A DNA stretch of 64,000 nt, taken from IMG/VR virus record IMGVR_UViG_3300027963_000041, positions 79,096 through 143,095 of that record. One strand, given 5' to 3'. The notes beneath the pieces are model-generated. The model had not been told where the DNA came from and made no database searches. It worked only from the letters and a program-made list of their open reading frames with translations. Made by a program: the position numbers and the translations under genes. This DNA comes from a virus. Shown in pieces: positions 39,060 through 49,073 of the stretch. Every line of letters starts with the position of its first letter. Position 1 is the stretch's first letter.

Positions 39060-39557
39060 ATGACACACTTATCAGTATTTGGTCCTGGCTTTAAGGACTT
39101 CGATAAATTCTTTGTAGGCTTTGATGACACTTACAGTCGTCTTGCAAAAATGCATGATGACTTGACTAAGAGCATTCCTAACTATCCACCATACAATATT
39201 CGTAAGACTAGCGATAACACATACGTTATTGAACTTGCTGTTGCTGGTTTCGGAAAACAAGAAATTGACATTACACTAGATGACAATAAACTTGTGATTT
39301 CTGGAAATACGAAAGATGATGGTGATAATTTCTTGTTCAAAGGAATTGCAAACCGTGCTTTTACTCGCACATTTGCTTTGGATGATCACATCGAAATTCA
39401 AGATGCCGCACTTGTAAACGGCATGTTAAAAATCGCGCTTGAGCGTATCATTCCTGAACACAGAAAGCCAAAGAAAATTGAAGTTAAGGACGTAGAAGAA
39501 AAGAAAACTTCCAAGCGTCAACTCTTAACTGAAGACCCACTAGATCGTAACCTGTAA
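39060..39557 (+). CDS. Small heat-shock protein Hsp20 (IbpA-like)
   Basis: NYPPYNI, ELAVAGF, RAFTRTF, NGMLKI. Confidence 0.94.
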   Translation: MTHLSVFGPGFKDFDKFFVGFDDTYSRLAKMHDDLTKSIPNYPPYNIRKTSDNTYVIELAVAGFGKQEIDITLDDNKLVISGNTKDDGDNFLFKGIANRAFTRTFALDDHIEIQDAALVNGMLKIALERIIPEHRKPKKIEVKDVEEKKTSKRQLLTEDPLDRNL

Positions 39558-39566
39558 GGTGCAACC

Positions 39567-39743
39567 ATGTGGAAAAAAGTTAAGAACGTATTTACAGGTA
39601 TACTAGAAGGTATTGCTGAAAGTAAAAGATATAAGTTACAAGGCTATGATGAATGGTACAGAAACTATTATCTTTCGCAATCCGCGGACGCCGCAGATTT
39701 TGAAAAAAGGCAATCGGACCTAAAGTCTAAAGGGTATCTGTAA
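39567..39743 (+). CDS. Small protein, possibly DUF3563-like (not in ORF track)
   Basis: 58 aa MWKKVKN...YLSQSADAADFEKRQ; AAGGTG RBS; fills the gap before the terminator. Confidence 0.5.
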   Translation: MWKKVKNVFTGILEGIAESKRYKLQGYDEWYRNYYLSQSADAADFEKRQSDLKSKGYL

Positions 39744-39747
39744 TCTT

Positions 39748-39775
39748 GGGGGCGCAATGCCCCCATTTTTATTTT
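39748..39775 (+). terminator. Rho-independent terminator
   Basis: GGGGGC-gcaat-GCCCCC then ATTTTTATTTT. Confidence 0.75.
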
Positions 39776-39785
39776 GGAGAATATA

Positions 39786-40097
39786 ATGGGTAATATTAGA
39801 TTATTTCGTTTGATTAGTGGTGAAGAAATTGTTGGTGAAGAAATTGGCACCAGCCAAGGTATGCCAAAACGCGCAATTAAAAATCCTTGCCTTATTGGAC
39901 TTATGCCGACACCAACTGGTGGTGCAACATTGAACATGCAACCACTTCTACTCTTTTCAGACACAAAAGAAATTAACATTAAAGAAGATCACATTCTGTA
40001 TGATACGGGTGTTGACATTAAGATTCTAAACAAGTATAATGAGATATTTGGATCAGGGATCGTAATTGCTCAACAAACCCCAACTTATACACGATGA
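39786..40097 (+). CDS. Hypothetical protein (possible Sm-like fold)
   Basis: RLFRLISGEEIVG; GGAG RBS; coupled to gp43A. Confidence 0.65.
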   Translation: MGNIRLFRLISGEEIVGEEIGTSQGMPKRAIKNPCLIGLMPTPTGGATLNMQPLLLFSDTKEINIKEDHILYDTGVDIKILNKYNEIFGSGIVIAQQTPTYTR

Positions 40098-41536
40098 AAT
40101 TCTATACACACTTTACACGATATGGTAACTATATTCTAGAACGCGGCTATGAAAATGGCAAGCGTTACGCTAATAAAGTAGAATATAATCCAACATTGTT
40201 TGTTCCGTCAAAAACGGAAACTGAATTTAGTACATTGGAAGGCTATCATGTGGCGCCCGTTGAAATGGGAACGATGCGTGATGCAAATGACTTTATTAAA
40301 AAGTATGAAGAAGTAGAAAACTTTCCAATCTACGGCTCTACAAACTATCCATATGTGTATATCAATGAGCAGTATCCAGATGAAGTATACTACGACAAAG
40401 ATTTAATTCGTGTTGCAAACATTGATATTGAGGTTGGTTCTGAGAACGGGTTTCCTGAGCCAGACAAAGCGAGTGAACCAATCACCGCAATCACAATAGA
40501 GATTGATGGTACGTTTTTCGTCTTTGGTTGTGGCGACTATGAAACACATCAAGATAATGTATCATATCTCAAATGCAAAGATGAGAATCATTTGATTGAA
40601 CAATTTCTAAACTTATGGGAATTAAAATCACCAGACGTAGTGACTGGTTGGAATATTCAATTCTTTGATATTCCATATATCTACAATCGCATTAATCGCT
40701 TGATGGGTGAGAAGACAGCAAAGCGTTTGTCCCCATACAAATCGATTGGCGAACGCACAACAACAATCCACAACAGACAGCAAACTGCGTTTGATCTTGT
40801 GGGTATTGCAATTCTAGATTATCTAGAACTGTACAAGAAATTTACTTATTCGCAACAAGCATCTTATCGCCTTGATCATATCGCATACATCGAACTTGGT
40901 GATAAAAAATTAGACTATTCTGAGCATGAAACTTTACACCAACTCTATAAAAACAACTATCAAAAATTTATTGAATACAACATCAAAGATGTGGAACTTG
41001 TCGACCGCCTCGATGAAAAAATGAAATTCATTGACATGGTGCTGGCGCTGGCATACGATGCAAAGGTCAATATGACTGATGTATTCACGCAAGTACGCAT
41101 GTGGGACACTCTAACACATAATGCCTTGTGGAAGAAAGGTGTTGTTGTACCTCAAAAGAAATTCTCATCAAAGAATGAGAAGTATGAGGGTGCCTATGTG
41201 AAAGAGCCGGCACCAGGCAAATATGATTGGGTTGTATCGTTTGACTTGAACAGTCTTTATCCACACTTGATTATGCAATACAATATTTCGCCTGAGACTA
41301 TCATCAACGGCAAACACGCCAGCGTAAGTATTGAAGATTTACTGCACAGTAAATATAACAATGATAGCGAATATGTTATGGCTGCCAATGGCCATTATTT
41401 TAGAAAAGATGTGCAAGGCTTTCTGCCTGAGATGATGCAACGCATGTATAATGATCGTGTTCTATATAAAAATAAGATGATTGAATCACAGAAAGAACTT
41501 GAGAAAGTCAATGCACAGTTAAAGGAATTAGCATGA
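40094..41536 (+). CDS. gp43A: DNA polymerase gp43 N-terminal subunit (3'-5' exonuclease plus palm motif A)
   Basis: DIEV ExoI, GWNIQFFD ExoII, YNIKD ExoIII, SFDLNSLYPH. Confidence 0.93.
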   Translation: MKFYTHFTRYGNYILERGYENGKRYANKVEYNPTLFVPSKTETEFSTLEGYHVAPVEMGTMRDANDFIKKYEEVENFPIYGSTNYPYVYINEQYPDEVYYDKDLIRVANIDIEVGSENGFPEPDKASEPITAITIEIDGTFFVFGCGDYETHQDNVSYLKCKDENHLIEQFLNLWELKSPDVVTGWNIQFFDIPYIYNRINRLMGEKTAKRLSPYKSIGERTTTIHNRQQTAFDLVGIAILDYLELYKKFTYSQQASYRLDHIAYIELGDKKLDYSEHETLHQLYKNNYQKFIEYNIKDVELVDRLDEKMKFIDMVLALAYDAKVNMTDVFTQVRMWDTLTHNALWKKGVVVPQKKFSSKNEKYEGAYVKEPAPGKYDWVVSFDLNSLYPHLIMQYNISPETIINGKHASVSIEDLLHSKYNNDSEYVMAANGHYFRKDVQGFLPEMMQRMYNDRVLYKNKMIESQKELEKVNAQLKELA

Positions 41537-42045
41537 TACAAACTTATACAGAAATTTTACCAAAAGATTTTTGCGAACATTTGATGCGTAAATTTGATGA
41601 ACAGGAGACAAAAGATTTGTCTCATGGTATGTTTGAACAAATTGAAATTGATTGGGAAGATGAAGTAAAGGCATTGATCGATACCACAAAACATGTGGCC
41701 GAACACTATAAAACTTTATATGATTCGCATAATATGATGCCACGGCGCAGACGTATTGAAGGGTTTCGTATCAAGCGGTATGAACCTAACAAACATTCTT
41801 TCCCATTACATTCCGATGCGTCAAGTTTAGAATCATGCACAAGGTATCTTTCCTTTTTGTTTTACTTAAACGATAGCGAAGCAGGAACAAGATTCCATGG
41901 ACCTTTAGGCATGGAGCCCTTGACAATTGAAGCAAAACAAGGTAACCTATTAGTGTTTCCTCCTATGTGGATGTATCCACACGAAGGCATTATGCCTACT
42001 GAAAAACCAAAGTATATTATGAGTACCTATTTCCATTATGTCTGA
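41533..42045 (+). CDS. 2OG-Fe(II) oxygenase (prolyl-4-hydroxylase-like)
   Basis: HSD, FLFYLND, GT.F, FPP.WMYPHEG, KYI. Confidence 0.85.
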   Translation: MIQTYTEILPKDFCEHLMRKFDEQETKDLSHGMFEQIEIDWEDEVKALIDTTKHVAEHYKTLYDSHNMMPRRRRIEGFRIKRYEPNKHSFPLHSDASSLESCTRYLSFLFYLNDSEAGTRFHGPLGMEPLTIEAKQGNLLVFPPMWMYPHEGIMPTEKPKYIMSTYFHYV

Positions 42046-43129
42046 TAAAACAGAACTACTGAAAAGAAAACGTCAACTAGAAAACGAAATATCACGTTAC
42101 AAGAATTTGCAACTTGCAAAGAAGGTGCAACTAAACTCAGCGTATGGTGCGCTAGGTAACGAATATTTTAGATTCTTTGATCTGCGTCAGGCAGAAGCAA
42201 TTACCTTTTCTGGTCAACTTTCAATTCGTTGGATTGCTGACAAACTCAATATGTACATGAACAAACTATTGAAGACTGAAGGAATTGATTATGTCATTGC
42301 GTCAGATACGGACTCTGTATATCTCCATCTTGGTCCGTTGGTGGATATGGTCTACGGATCGAAGAGTATCGAAGAAGAAAAGATTGTTGATTTTATCGAC
42401 AAAGCCTGCCAAGAAAAGATTGAACCGTTTATTGATAAGGCGTATGAAGAACTAGCGAACTACATGAATGCGTTTGATCAAAAGATGTTCATGAAGCGCG
42501 AAGTGATTGCGAACAAAGGTATTTGGACTGCAAAGAAGCGGTACATTCTGAACGTGTGGGACTCAGAAGGGGTTCGTTATAATGAACCAAAACTGAAAAT
42601 GTCTGGCATTGAAGCAGTCAAGTCTTCTACACCAGGATCATGCAGAACAAAAATTAAAGAAGCACTCAAGGTAGTCATGAAAGGCACCGAGGCAGAGTTT
42701 CATGAATTCAATCGCAAATTCAAAGAAGAGTTTTTTACTCTGCCATTTGATGATGTAGCATTCCCGCGCGGTGTTTCTGAACTGACTAAATATCAGAGTA
42801 AGACTGATCTTTATCAGAAAGGCACACCAATTCACGTTCGCGGCGCATTGATATATAATAAACTTATTGAAACAAAAAAGTTGTCTCGCAGATATGAGAC
42901 AATCAAAGATGGGGACAAGGTCAAGTTTTGTTACATGAAACTACCAAACCCTACGCAAGAGAACGTGCTATCTGTTCTCAATGTTTTACCAAAAGAGTTT
43001 GCTTTGGAGAAATATATCGACTATGAAACACAATTTGAGAAGGCGTACTTAGAGCCGCTCAAAATTATTGTGAACACTTTTGGATGGAGTGCCGAACCAG
43101 TTTCATCACTAAAAGGATTTTTTACATGA
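42038..43129 (+). CDS. gp43B: DNA polymerase gp43 C-terminal subunit (motifs B and C, thumb, clamp-binding tail)
   Basis: KKVQLNSAYG, SDTDS, AKKRY, KSSTP, terminal SLKGFF. Confidence 0.93.
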   Translation: MSDKTELLKRKRQLENEISRYKNLQLAKKVQLNSAYGALGNEYFRFFDLRQAEAITFSGQLSIRWIADKLNMYMNKLLKTEGIDYVIASDTDSVYLHLGPLVDMVYGSKSIEEEKIVDFIDKACQEKIEPFIDKAYEELANYMNAFDQKMFMKREVIANKGIWTAKKRYILNVWDSEGVRYNEPKLKMSGIEAVKSSTPGSCRTKIKEALKVVMKGTEAEFHEFNRKFKEEFFTLPFDDVAFPRGVSELTKYQSKTDLYQKGTPIHVRGALIYNKLIETKKLSRRYETIKDGDKVKFCYMKLPNPTQENVLSVLNVLPKEFALEKYIDYETQFEKAYLEPLKIIVNTFGWSAEPVSSLKGFFT

Positions 43130-43527
43130 GTACAATACCACAAGAATATTTAATTCCAAGATCACAAGAAGATTTTGGATTCACCGCAGTCGATGAAGGA
43201 GACTTAACTCCTTCATACGATCCTAACACATTAGAAACAGAAGTAATTCGCACTCAAGTAGGCGCGTCTGCTGAAGGCGTTGCTCGACTTGAATCTAAGA
43301 TAGATACTATTTTAGATTTATACAACAATGGTAAATTAGGTTTAGATGCTGATCGTGCAAAAATGTTGACCGAAGTTAAATCTAATCTTACACAACTGGA
43401 ACAATTAGTTGTGCCATTGTTAGTCAATTTGATGAAGAATCCTGAAAAGGAATACATTTACTGGCCTAATCGTAAAGAAAAAATTCAGGAACAAATTGAC
43501 AAAGTGCTTAAACTCACTAGAGGTTAA
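43126..43527 (+). CDS. Hypothetical protein
   Basis: DFGFTAVDE, NPEKEYIYWPNR; ATGA-coupled. Confidence 0.7.
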   Translation: MSTIPQEYLIPRSQEDFGFTAVDEGDLTPSYDPNTLETEVIRTQVGASAEGVARLESKIDTILDLYNNGKLGLDADRAKMLTEVKSNLTQLEQLVVPLLVNLMKNPEKEYIYWPNRKEKIQEQIDKVLKLTRG

Positions 43528-43529
43528 CT

Positions 43530-44486
43530 ATGTTATTTGCGATCCTTACTTTACTGTGCGCGTTAAGCGTATCAGCAATTGCCGCTTACTATTCTGTTAT
43601 AGGACTTATAGCGATCTTCTCTGCCGCACCAATTCCAATTGCAGTTATGGGCGGCACACTTGAAGCGGCTAAACTTGTTGTTGCATCGTGGGTATATAAG
43701 AATTGGAATGTTGCACCCAAACTGTTGAAGTATTATTTTGTATGTGCTATAATTGTATTAATGTTCATTACGTCATTGGGCATCTTTGGTTTTCTATCAA
43801 AGGCGCATAGCGATCAAAGTCTTGCCACAGGTGATGCAATATCAAAGTTAGAAATTATTGATGATAAGATTCGTGTAGCAAAGGATACGATTGATGCAAA
43901 CCGTAAGGTACTTAAACAATTGGACGAAAGTGTGGACCAAATTATGGCACGAAGCACTTCAGAAGAAGGTGCCAGAAGGGCGAATGCTTTGCGTGTTTCT
44001 CAGAAAGCAGAGAGGAACCGTATCGCTAACGAAAACGAAGCCCAACAAAAAATTGTTGCTAAACTCAATGAAGATAGACAGCCATTCGCTACGGAAGTAC
44101 GAAAGGTTGAATCTGAGGTAGGACCACTCAAGTACATTGCCGCAATGATATATAATGAGCAAGTCACACAGACTATGCTTGAGCAGGCAGTACGATGGGT
44201 AATTATTTTAATCGTTTTAGTTTTTGATCCACTTGCAGTTTTGCTTGTCATCGCAGGTAACTTCTCATTAAAACAAGCGCGAGAAGAAAAAGAAAATCTA
44301 GAACCTATTTTACCATTCGTTGCAGACGTAGGCGAAAAACCTACAAAAGAAGAATTAGAAGAGACAGAGTACGAAGTAAAAGAAAAAATTGATGTAACAT
44401 CTTTTGATCCTGTGCCAATGAATAAAGATGAAATAGAAAAAGTTTCTGAGGTTCGCCGTACACAAAAATATCCACTAGATAAGTAA
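43530..44486 (+). CDS. Membrane protein with coiled-coil domain
   Basis: Three N-terminal hydrophobic segments, coiled coil, C-terminal TM (FDPLAV). Confidence 0.75.
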   Translation: MLFAILTLLCALSVSAIAAYYSVIGLIAIFSAAPIPIAVMGGTLEAAKLVVASWVYKNWNVAPKLLKYYFVCAIIVLMFITSLGIFGFLSKAHSDQSLATGDAISKLEIIDDKIRVAKDTIDANRKVLKQLDESVDQIMARSTSEEGARRANALRVSQKAERNRIANENEAQQKIVAKLNEDRQPFATEVRKVESEVGPLKYIAAMIYNEQVTQTMLEQAVRWVIILIVLVFDPLAVLLVIAGNFSLKQAREEKENLEPILPFVADVGEKPTKEELEETEYEVKEKIDVTSFDPVPMNKDEIEKVSEVRRTQKYPLDK

Positions 44487-44490
44487 TATT

Positions 44491-44991
44491 ATGAAAATTG
44501 GTTTTAATTGTTCGTCATTTGATTTATTCCATGCTGGTCATGTGACAATGCTAAAGATGGAAAAAAAGTTGTGTGACTATTTGATTGTTGCACTACAGGT
44601 CGACCCTACTGTGGATAGACCTAGCACAAAAAACAAGCCTGTACAATCGGTATATGAAAGATATGTTCAATTGCAGGCATGTAAGTATGTGGATGAAATT
44701 CTTGTGTATCATACCGAAGAAGACTTAGCCAATCTGATTATGACACAGACAATGCACATAAGGTTTCTCGGTGAAGAATATAAAAATAAAGACTTTACTG
44801 GTAAACAATATTGCATTGAAAACGGAATTGAGTTATACTATCATGTGAGGAATCATAGTTATAGTACATCGGAACTTCGTCAACGTACATATGAGTTAGA
44901 ATTGCAGAAGAAAAGCGAACCTGCTATCGTTGAATATGAACAGCATTCGCCAAAGTTATTAAACAAATATTATGAAGGAAAAACACAATGA
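44491..44991 (+). CDS. Cytidylyltransferase (TagD-like)
   Basis: [25 protein letters not shown]. Confidence 0.85.
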   Translation: MKIGFNCSSFDLFHAGHVTMLKMEKKLCDYLIVALQVDPTVDRPSTKNKPVQSVYERYVQLQACKYVDEILVYHTEEDLANLIMTQTMHIRFLGEEYKNKDFTGKQYCIENGIELYYHVRNHSYSTSELRQRTYELELQKKSEPAIVEYEQHSPKLLNKYYEGKTQ

Positions 44992-46052
44992 GTAATTTTT
45001 TTACAGATTTAGTTAGTCAATTGAAAGATGAAGACACAAAAATTTTATCTGACGGTGGTGCATCTGCTGAGTATAGTGGATGTATTGATACTGGTTCATA
45101 TGCATTGAATGCTGTTTTATCAGGTAGCATCTATGGCGGTGTACCTAACAATAAAGTAACTGCATTTGCTGGTGAATCGTCAACAGGCAAAACATTCTTT
45201 GTGCTTGGCATTGTCAAACAATTCCTTGACGCAAATCCTGAAGGCGGTGTTATCTACTTTGATACAGAAGCCGCAGTCACAAAACAAATGATGGAATCCC
45301 GTGGTGTTGATACTAAGCGGGTTGTTATCTCTGAGCCAGATACAATTCAAAAGTTTCGTCATACTGCATTGCAAATCATTGAGAAGTATCAAGCGCAACC
45401 AGAAGCGAAGCGCAAGCCAATGATTATGGTTCTTGATTCTCTTGGTCAGTTATCTTCAACTAAAGAAATGGAAGATACTGCTGAAGGTAAAGAAACTAAA
45501 GACATGACCAAGTCTGCTATTCTTAAAGCAACATTCCGTGTATTGAATTTGAAACTTGCTAAGATTGGTGTACCATTGCTTGTAACGAATCACGTTTATG
45601 ATGTAGTTGGTGCATACATTCCAACAAAAGAAATGTCTGGTGGTTCTGGTTTGAAGTACACCGCATCCACAATCGTTTACTTGTCCAAGCGTAAAGATAA
45701 AGATGGTACTGCTGTTATTGGTAACATCGTTCGCGCTAAGTTGCACAAGTCGCGCCTAACAAAAGAAAACTCACAAGTTGAAGTAAAGATTACTTACAGC
45801 ACAGGTTTGGATCGTTACTACGGGCTACTTGAAATTGCTGAGAAATATGATATAATTAAGAAAGTATCAACCCGATACGAACTGCCAGATGGCACAAAAG
45901 TATTCGGTAAGTCAATCAACGATGATCCTGAAAAATATTTCACAAAAGAAATTTTGGACGCAATTGATGAAGCGTGTAAAAAAGAATTTTTGTATGGGCA
46001 AGATGGTGTTGGCTTCTCCGATGAAGAAGAACTTGTAGAGGAAGAAGCATGA
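44988..46052 (+). CDS. uvsX: Recombinase UvsX
   Basis: [23 protein letters not shown]. Confidence 0.94.
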   Translation: MSNFFTDLVSQLKDEDTKILSDGGASAEYSGCIDTGSYALNAVLSGSIYGGVPNNKVTAFAGESSTGKTFFVLGIVKQFLDANPEGGVIYFDTEAAVTKQMMESRGVDTKRVVISEPDTIQKFRHTALQIIEKYQAQPEAKRKPMIMVLDSLGQLSSTKEMEDTAEGKETKDMTKSAILKATFRVLNLKLAKIGVPLLVTNHVYDVVGAYIPTKEMSGGSGLKYTASTIVYLSKRKDKDGTAVIGNIVRAKLHKSRLTKENSQVEVKITYSTGLDRYYGLLEIAEKYDIIKKVSTRYELPDGTKVFGKSINDDPEKYFTKEILDAIDEACKKEFLYGQDGVGFSDEEELVEEEA

Positions 46053-46381
46053 AATATGATGTAGATTTTCGAGTAACAGACAGACTCTATACATACAAAG
46101 AAAAACATGATTTAGCAAGCATTGAAATTCTGACTGGACCTTACAAAGAAGTAGAGTTTACATTCGGTTCAATTCATGTTAATGAAAAGATTGAAGATGG
46201 CGAAGCAACTATTTCTTTTGATTATACAGTACACAACGATGAAACTTTAGAAGGCAATGAAGAGTTTGAAGAAGTACTTGGTGAAGTGATGAATTCATTG
46301 CTTCAGCATTCTTTAGAAGAGGCTGAGAAACGATATGATGATGAGCGTAGAAAAGAAAATACTGAAACACCTACTGAATGA
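46049..46381 (+). CDS. Hypothetical acidic protein (gp40 position)
   Basis: Coupled between uvsX and gp41. Confidence 0.6.
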   Translation: MKYDVDFRVTDRLYTYKEKHDLASIEILTGPYKEVEFTFGSIHVNEKIEDGEATISFDYTVHNDETLEGNEEFEEVLGEVMNSLLQHSLEEAEKRYDDERRKENTETPTE

Positions 46382-47747
46382 TGATGCGTACACTAGAAAG
46401 ATTCTTCCGTTTCTTTCTGGTGATTACTTTTCAGATCATTCAGAAAAAGTTATTTACGAAGAAATTCATAAGTACATCACGAAGTATAACAACTTACCAA
46501 CAGTTGAAGCACTTACAATTGAGGTTGATGGTCGTTCAAACTTATCTGGTGACCAACATAAGAAAGTCACAGGACTTTTAGATGAATTAAATTCCACAGA
46601 GTTTGATACAAGAGATGGTGCGTGGCTTCTAGATGCAACAGAAAAATTCTGTCAAGAGAAAGCAATCTACAACGCAATCATGGAATCAATTCAGATTCTA
46701 GATGAAAGCGGTAACAGCAAAAAAGAAAAGGGTGCAATTCCTGACATTCTATCTGATGCACTTGCAATTTCATTTGATAATCATGTTGGGCATGACTTTA
46801 TAGATGACGCAGAAACTCGCTATGAGTTTTATCATACAGTTGAAAAGCGTATTCCGTTTGATCTAGACTATCTCAATCGAATCACTAAAGGCGGCTTGCC
46901 AGAAAAAACTTTGAACATTATTCTTGCCGGTACTGGTGTTGGTAAGTCAATGTTTATGTGTCATTGTGCCGCGGCTAATCTTTCAATCGGCAAGAATGTA
47001 TTGTATATCACACTTGAGATGGCTGAAGAAAGAATTGCAGAACGTATTGATGCGAATCTTATGAATGTTGACATAGACAAGTTGATGGCACTACCTAAAG
47101 AATCGTATCTTAAAAAGATTGAACGACTGAAAGAAAAAACTCTCGGTCGGCTAATCATTAAAGAGTATCCAACGGCAAGCGCAAATGTAATTCACTTCAA
47201 GCATTTGCTTAACGAACTTAAACTGAAGAGACAATTTGTTCCTGACATAATCTATATCGACTATCTGAACATTTGTGCGTCATCTAGAATGCGCCAAGGT
47301 GCCAATGTCAATTCATATTCTTTCATTAAAGCGATTGCAGAAGAATTGCGTGGGCTTGCAGTTGAACATAAAGTGCCTGTTATTTCAGCGACACAAACAA
47401 CACGAGGCGGTTACTCAAATTCTGATGTTGACATAACAGATACAAGTGAATCGTTTGGTCTGCCAGCAACAGCAGATTTTATGATTGCATTGATTGCTAC
47501 TGAAGAACTTACTGATCTGAATCAGATGATGGTCAAGCAATTAAAGAATCGTTACAACAATCCAGACACAAACAAACGATTCATGATTGGTGTTGATAAA
47601 GCAAAAATGAAGTTGTATGATGTAGAACAGACTGCACAAAATCATATACATGATAGCGGGCAGGTCCAACCAGATGAACCACTTTTTGATAAATCGGACT
47701 TCGGAAGAAGAGAGAAACAACGTAAATTTGAAGGATTCAAAGTATGA
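46341..47747 (+). CDS. gp41: Replicative helicase gp41
   Basis: AGTGVGKS, TLEM, IDYLN, ATQT, SESFGLP. Confidence 0.95.
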   Translation: MSVEKKILKHLLNDDAYTRKILPFLSGDYFSDHSEKVIYEEIHKYITKYNNLPTVEALTIEVDGRSNLSGDQHKKVTGLLDELNSTEFDTRDGAWLLDATEKFCQEKAIYNAIMESIQILDESGNSKKEKGAIPDILSDALAISFDNHVGHDFIDDAETRYEFYHTVEKRIPFDLDYLNRITKGGLPEKTLNIILAGTGVGKSMFMCHCAAANLSIGKNVLYITLEMAEERIAERIDANLMNVDIDKLMALPKESYLKKIERLKEKTLGRLIIKEYPTASANVIHFKHLLNELKLKRQFVPDIIYIDYLNICASSRMRQGANVNSYSFIKAIAEELRGLAVEHKVPVISATQTTRGGYSNSDVDITDTSESFGLPATADFMIALIATEELTDLNQMMVKQLKNRYNNPDTNKRFMIGVDKAKMKLYDVEQTAQNHIHDSGQVQPDEPLFDKSDFGRREKQRKFEGFKV

Positions 47748-47962
47748 GAACTATTCCAGAAATTGTAGCACAAATGCGCGAGTTGATCGAAGAACTTGAA
47801 CAGCATACGGGTAAACCTGCCCCAAAAGAAGAAAGTGTGAAATTTACCTTATATGGACAAGACTATATGGCAGGAAATTATTCAGCAACAGATACTATCT
47901 CACTTACGAACTATGATCTTAAACCCTTAACGCCTAGCGATATTAGTTCCTTTAAGATTTAA
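47744..47962 (+). CDS. Hypothetical protein
   Basis: ATGA-coupled to gp41. Confidence 0.55.
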   Translation: MRTIPEIVAQMRELIEELEQHTGKPAPKEESVKFTLYGQDYMAGNYSATDTISLTNYDLKPLTPSDISSFKI

Positions 47963-47967
47963 AAACA

Positions 47968-47975
47968 TATAAATA
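47968..47975 (+). promoter_or_regulatory. Late promoter
   Basis: TATAAATA. Confidence 0.75.
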
Positions 47976-48002
47976 GTAGAAGACTTTTTACAGGGGCATA
48001 CC

Positions 48003-48644
48003 ATGGCGGCAACAGCAAATTTAGAACTAGCCAACACATTCAATGAATGGCGAACTACGATCAACCAAGTAATTCTCAAAGTGAATAGCCTTGAGAATGG
48101 CAACGCTGATCTTGTGGTTGACACCATTGTTTCTAATACAACAAATACGATTATATCTACAGCGAACAATACATTCAATGTAGCGAATGCCGCCTGGTTT
48201 ACCGCTAATGCCGCTTATCTAACTGCTAATGCCGCCTATGCACAAGCAAATACTGCGAATAATCTTACTCAATCAAATACAGTATTTAAAACATCATATA
48301 ATGTAGTAACAACTAAAGATGCATATAGCGCAACAATTGCTTATAATTTAAACGATGGACCTGTTTTCTATCAGTCAAATTTGAGTAGCAATGTTACTGC
48401 AAACTTTGTGGGCATTAAGAGTGGTGTGAGTTTTGTTACTGATGCTAAGGTTGTAATTGCACAAGGTGCAACCCCCTATATTATCAATGCAGTACAAACT
48501 GATGGTACTGTAAGAACAATTAAGTGGAAAAATAATACAGTTCCTTCTGGCAATTCAAGTGCCGTAGATTCAATGACATTTACCATTATTAAAGACGCAA
48601 ATAGCGTATTTACTGTTCTTGGCAGTCTAGATACTCACAAATAA
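48003..48644 (+). CDS. Putative short fibre/virion structural protein
   Basis: NTFNEWR, ANAAY repeats shared with the 8260-11457 fibre; late promoter. Confidence 0.65.
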   Translation: MAATANLELANTFNEWRTTINQVILKVNSLENGNADLVVDTIVSNTTNTIISTANNTFNVANAAWFTANAAYLTANAAYAQANTANNLTQSNTVFKTSYNVVTTKDAYSATIAYNLNDGPVFYQSNLSSNVTANFVGIKSGVSFVTDAKVVIAQGATPYIINAVQTDGTVRTIKWKNNTVPSGNSSAVDSMTFTIIKDANSVFTVLGSLDTHK

Positions 48645-48645
48645 C

Positions 48646-48674
48646 TTGACAGAATTGTGGTAATCTGCTATACT
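48646..48674 (+). promoter_or_regulatory. Early sigma70-type promoter
   Basis: TTGACA-17-TATACT with extended TG. Confidence 0.8.
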
Positions 48675-48701
48675 AGAAGTTCTAGTGTAGAAAGATTTGC
48701 C

Positions 48702-49040
48702 ATGATTATTCACGCATACTTCAAGAAACCCAAAGCAAAGAAAAAGCCTGGCTGGCAAAAAGCGCAGGCTGAGTATGATGCATGGCTCAAATCCCATGGC
48801 ATTAATAAGAACAATTCAAAGAAAAAAGAGTTTGTCTCTTACGCGCCTGCGCCCGACCCTCATCGTAGGCAAACTCCACACTATCCCTCACTCAATTCAT
48901 TTGTAGGTTCTGCTACGAAAAAAGAATCGCCCAAGTACACGGGTAGCAATCTTTTGGGTATCGGAACACTACACAAATCGAATGCCGTGCCAATTTTCTC
49001 AAAAGAAGATGCAGAAGATCAAGCCAAAATGCGCCGGTGA
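48702..49040 (+). CDS. Hypothetical basic protein
   Basis: YTG..LLGIGTLHKSNAVPIF; follows a promoter. Confidence 0.7.
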   Translation: MIIHAYFKKPKAKKKPGWQKAQAEYDAWLKSHGINKNNSKKKEFVSYAPAPDPHRRQTPHYPSLNSFVGSATKKESPKYTGSNLLGIGTLHKSNAVPIFSKEDAEDQAKMRR

Positions 49041-49073
49041 CATAAATAGTCTATCATAACGATGGGCTTCTTT

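Noticed and set aside
41500-42070. Group I intron or split intein in gp43
   Set aside because: No non-coding sequence for a ribozyme core and no Cys/Ser start or His-Asn end motifs
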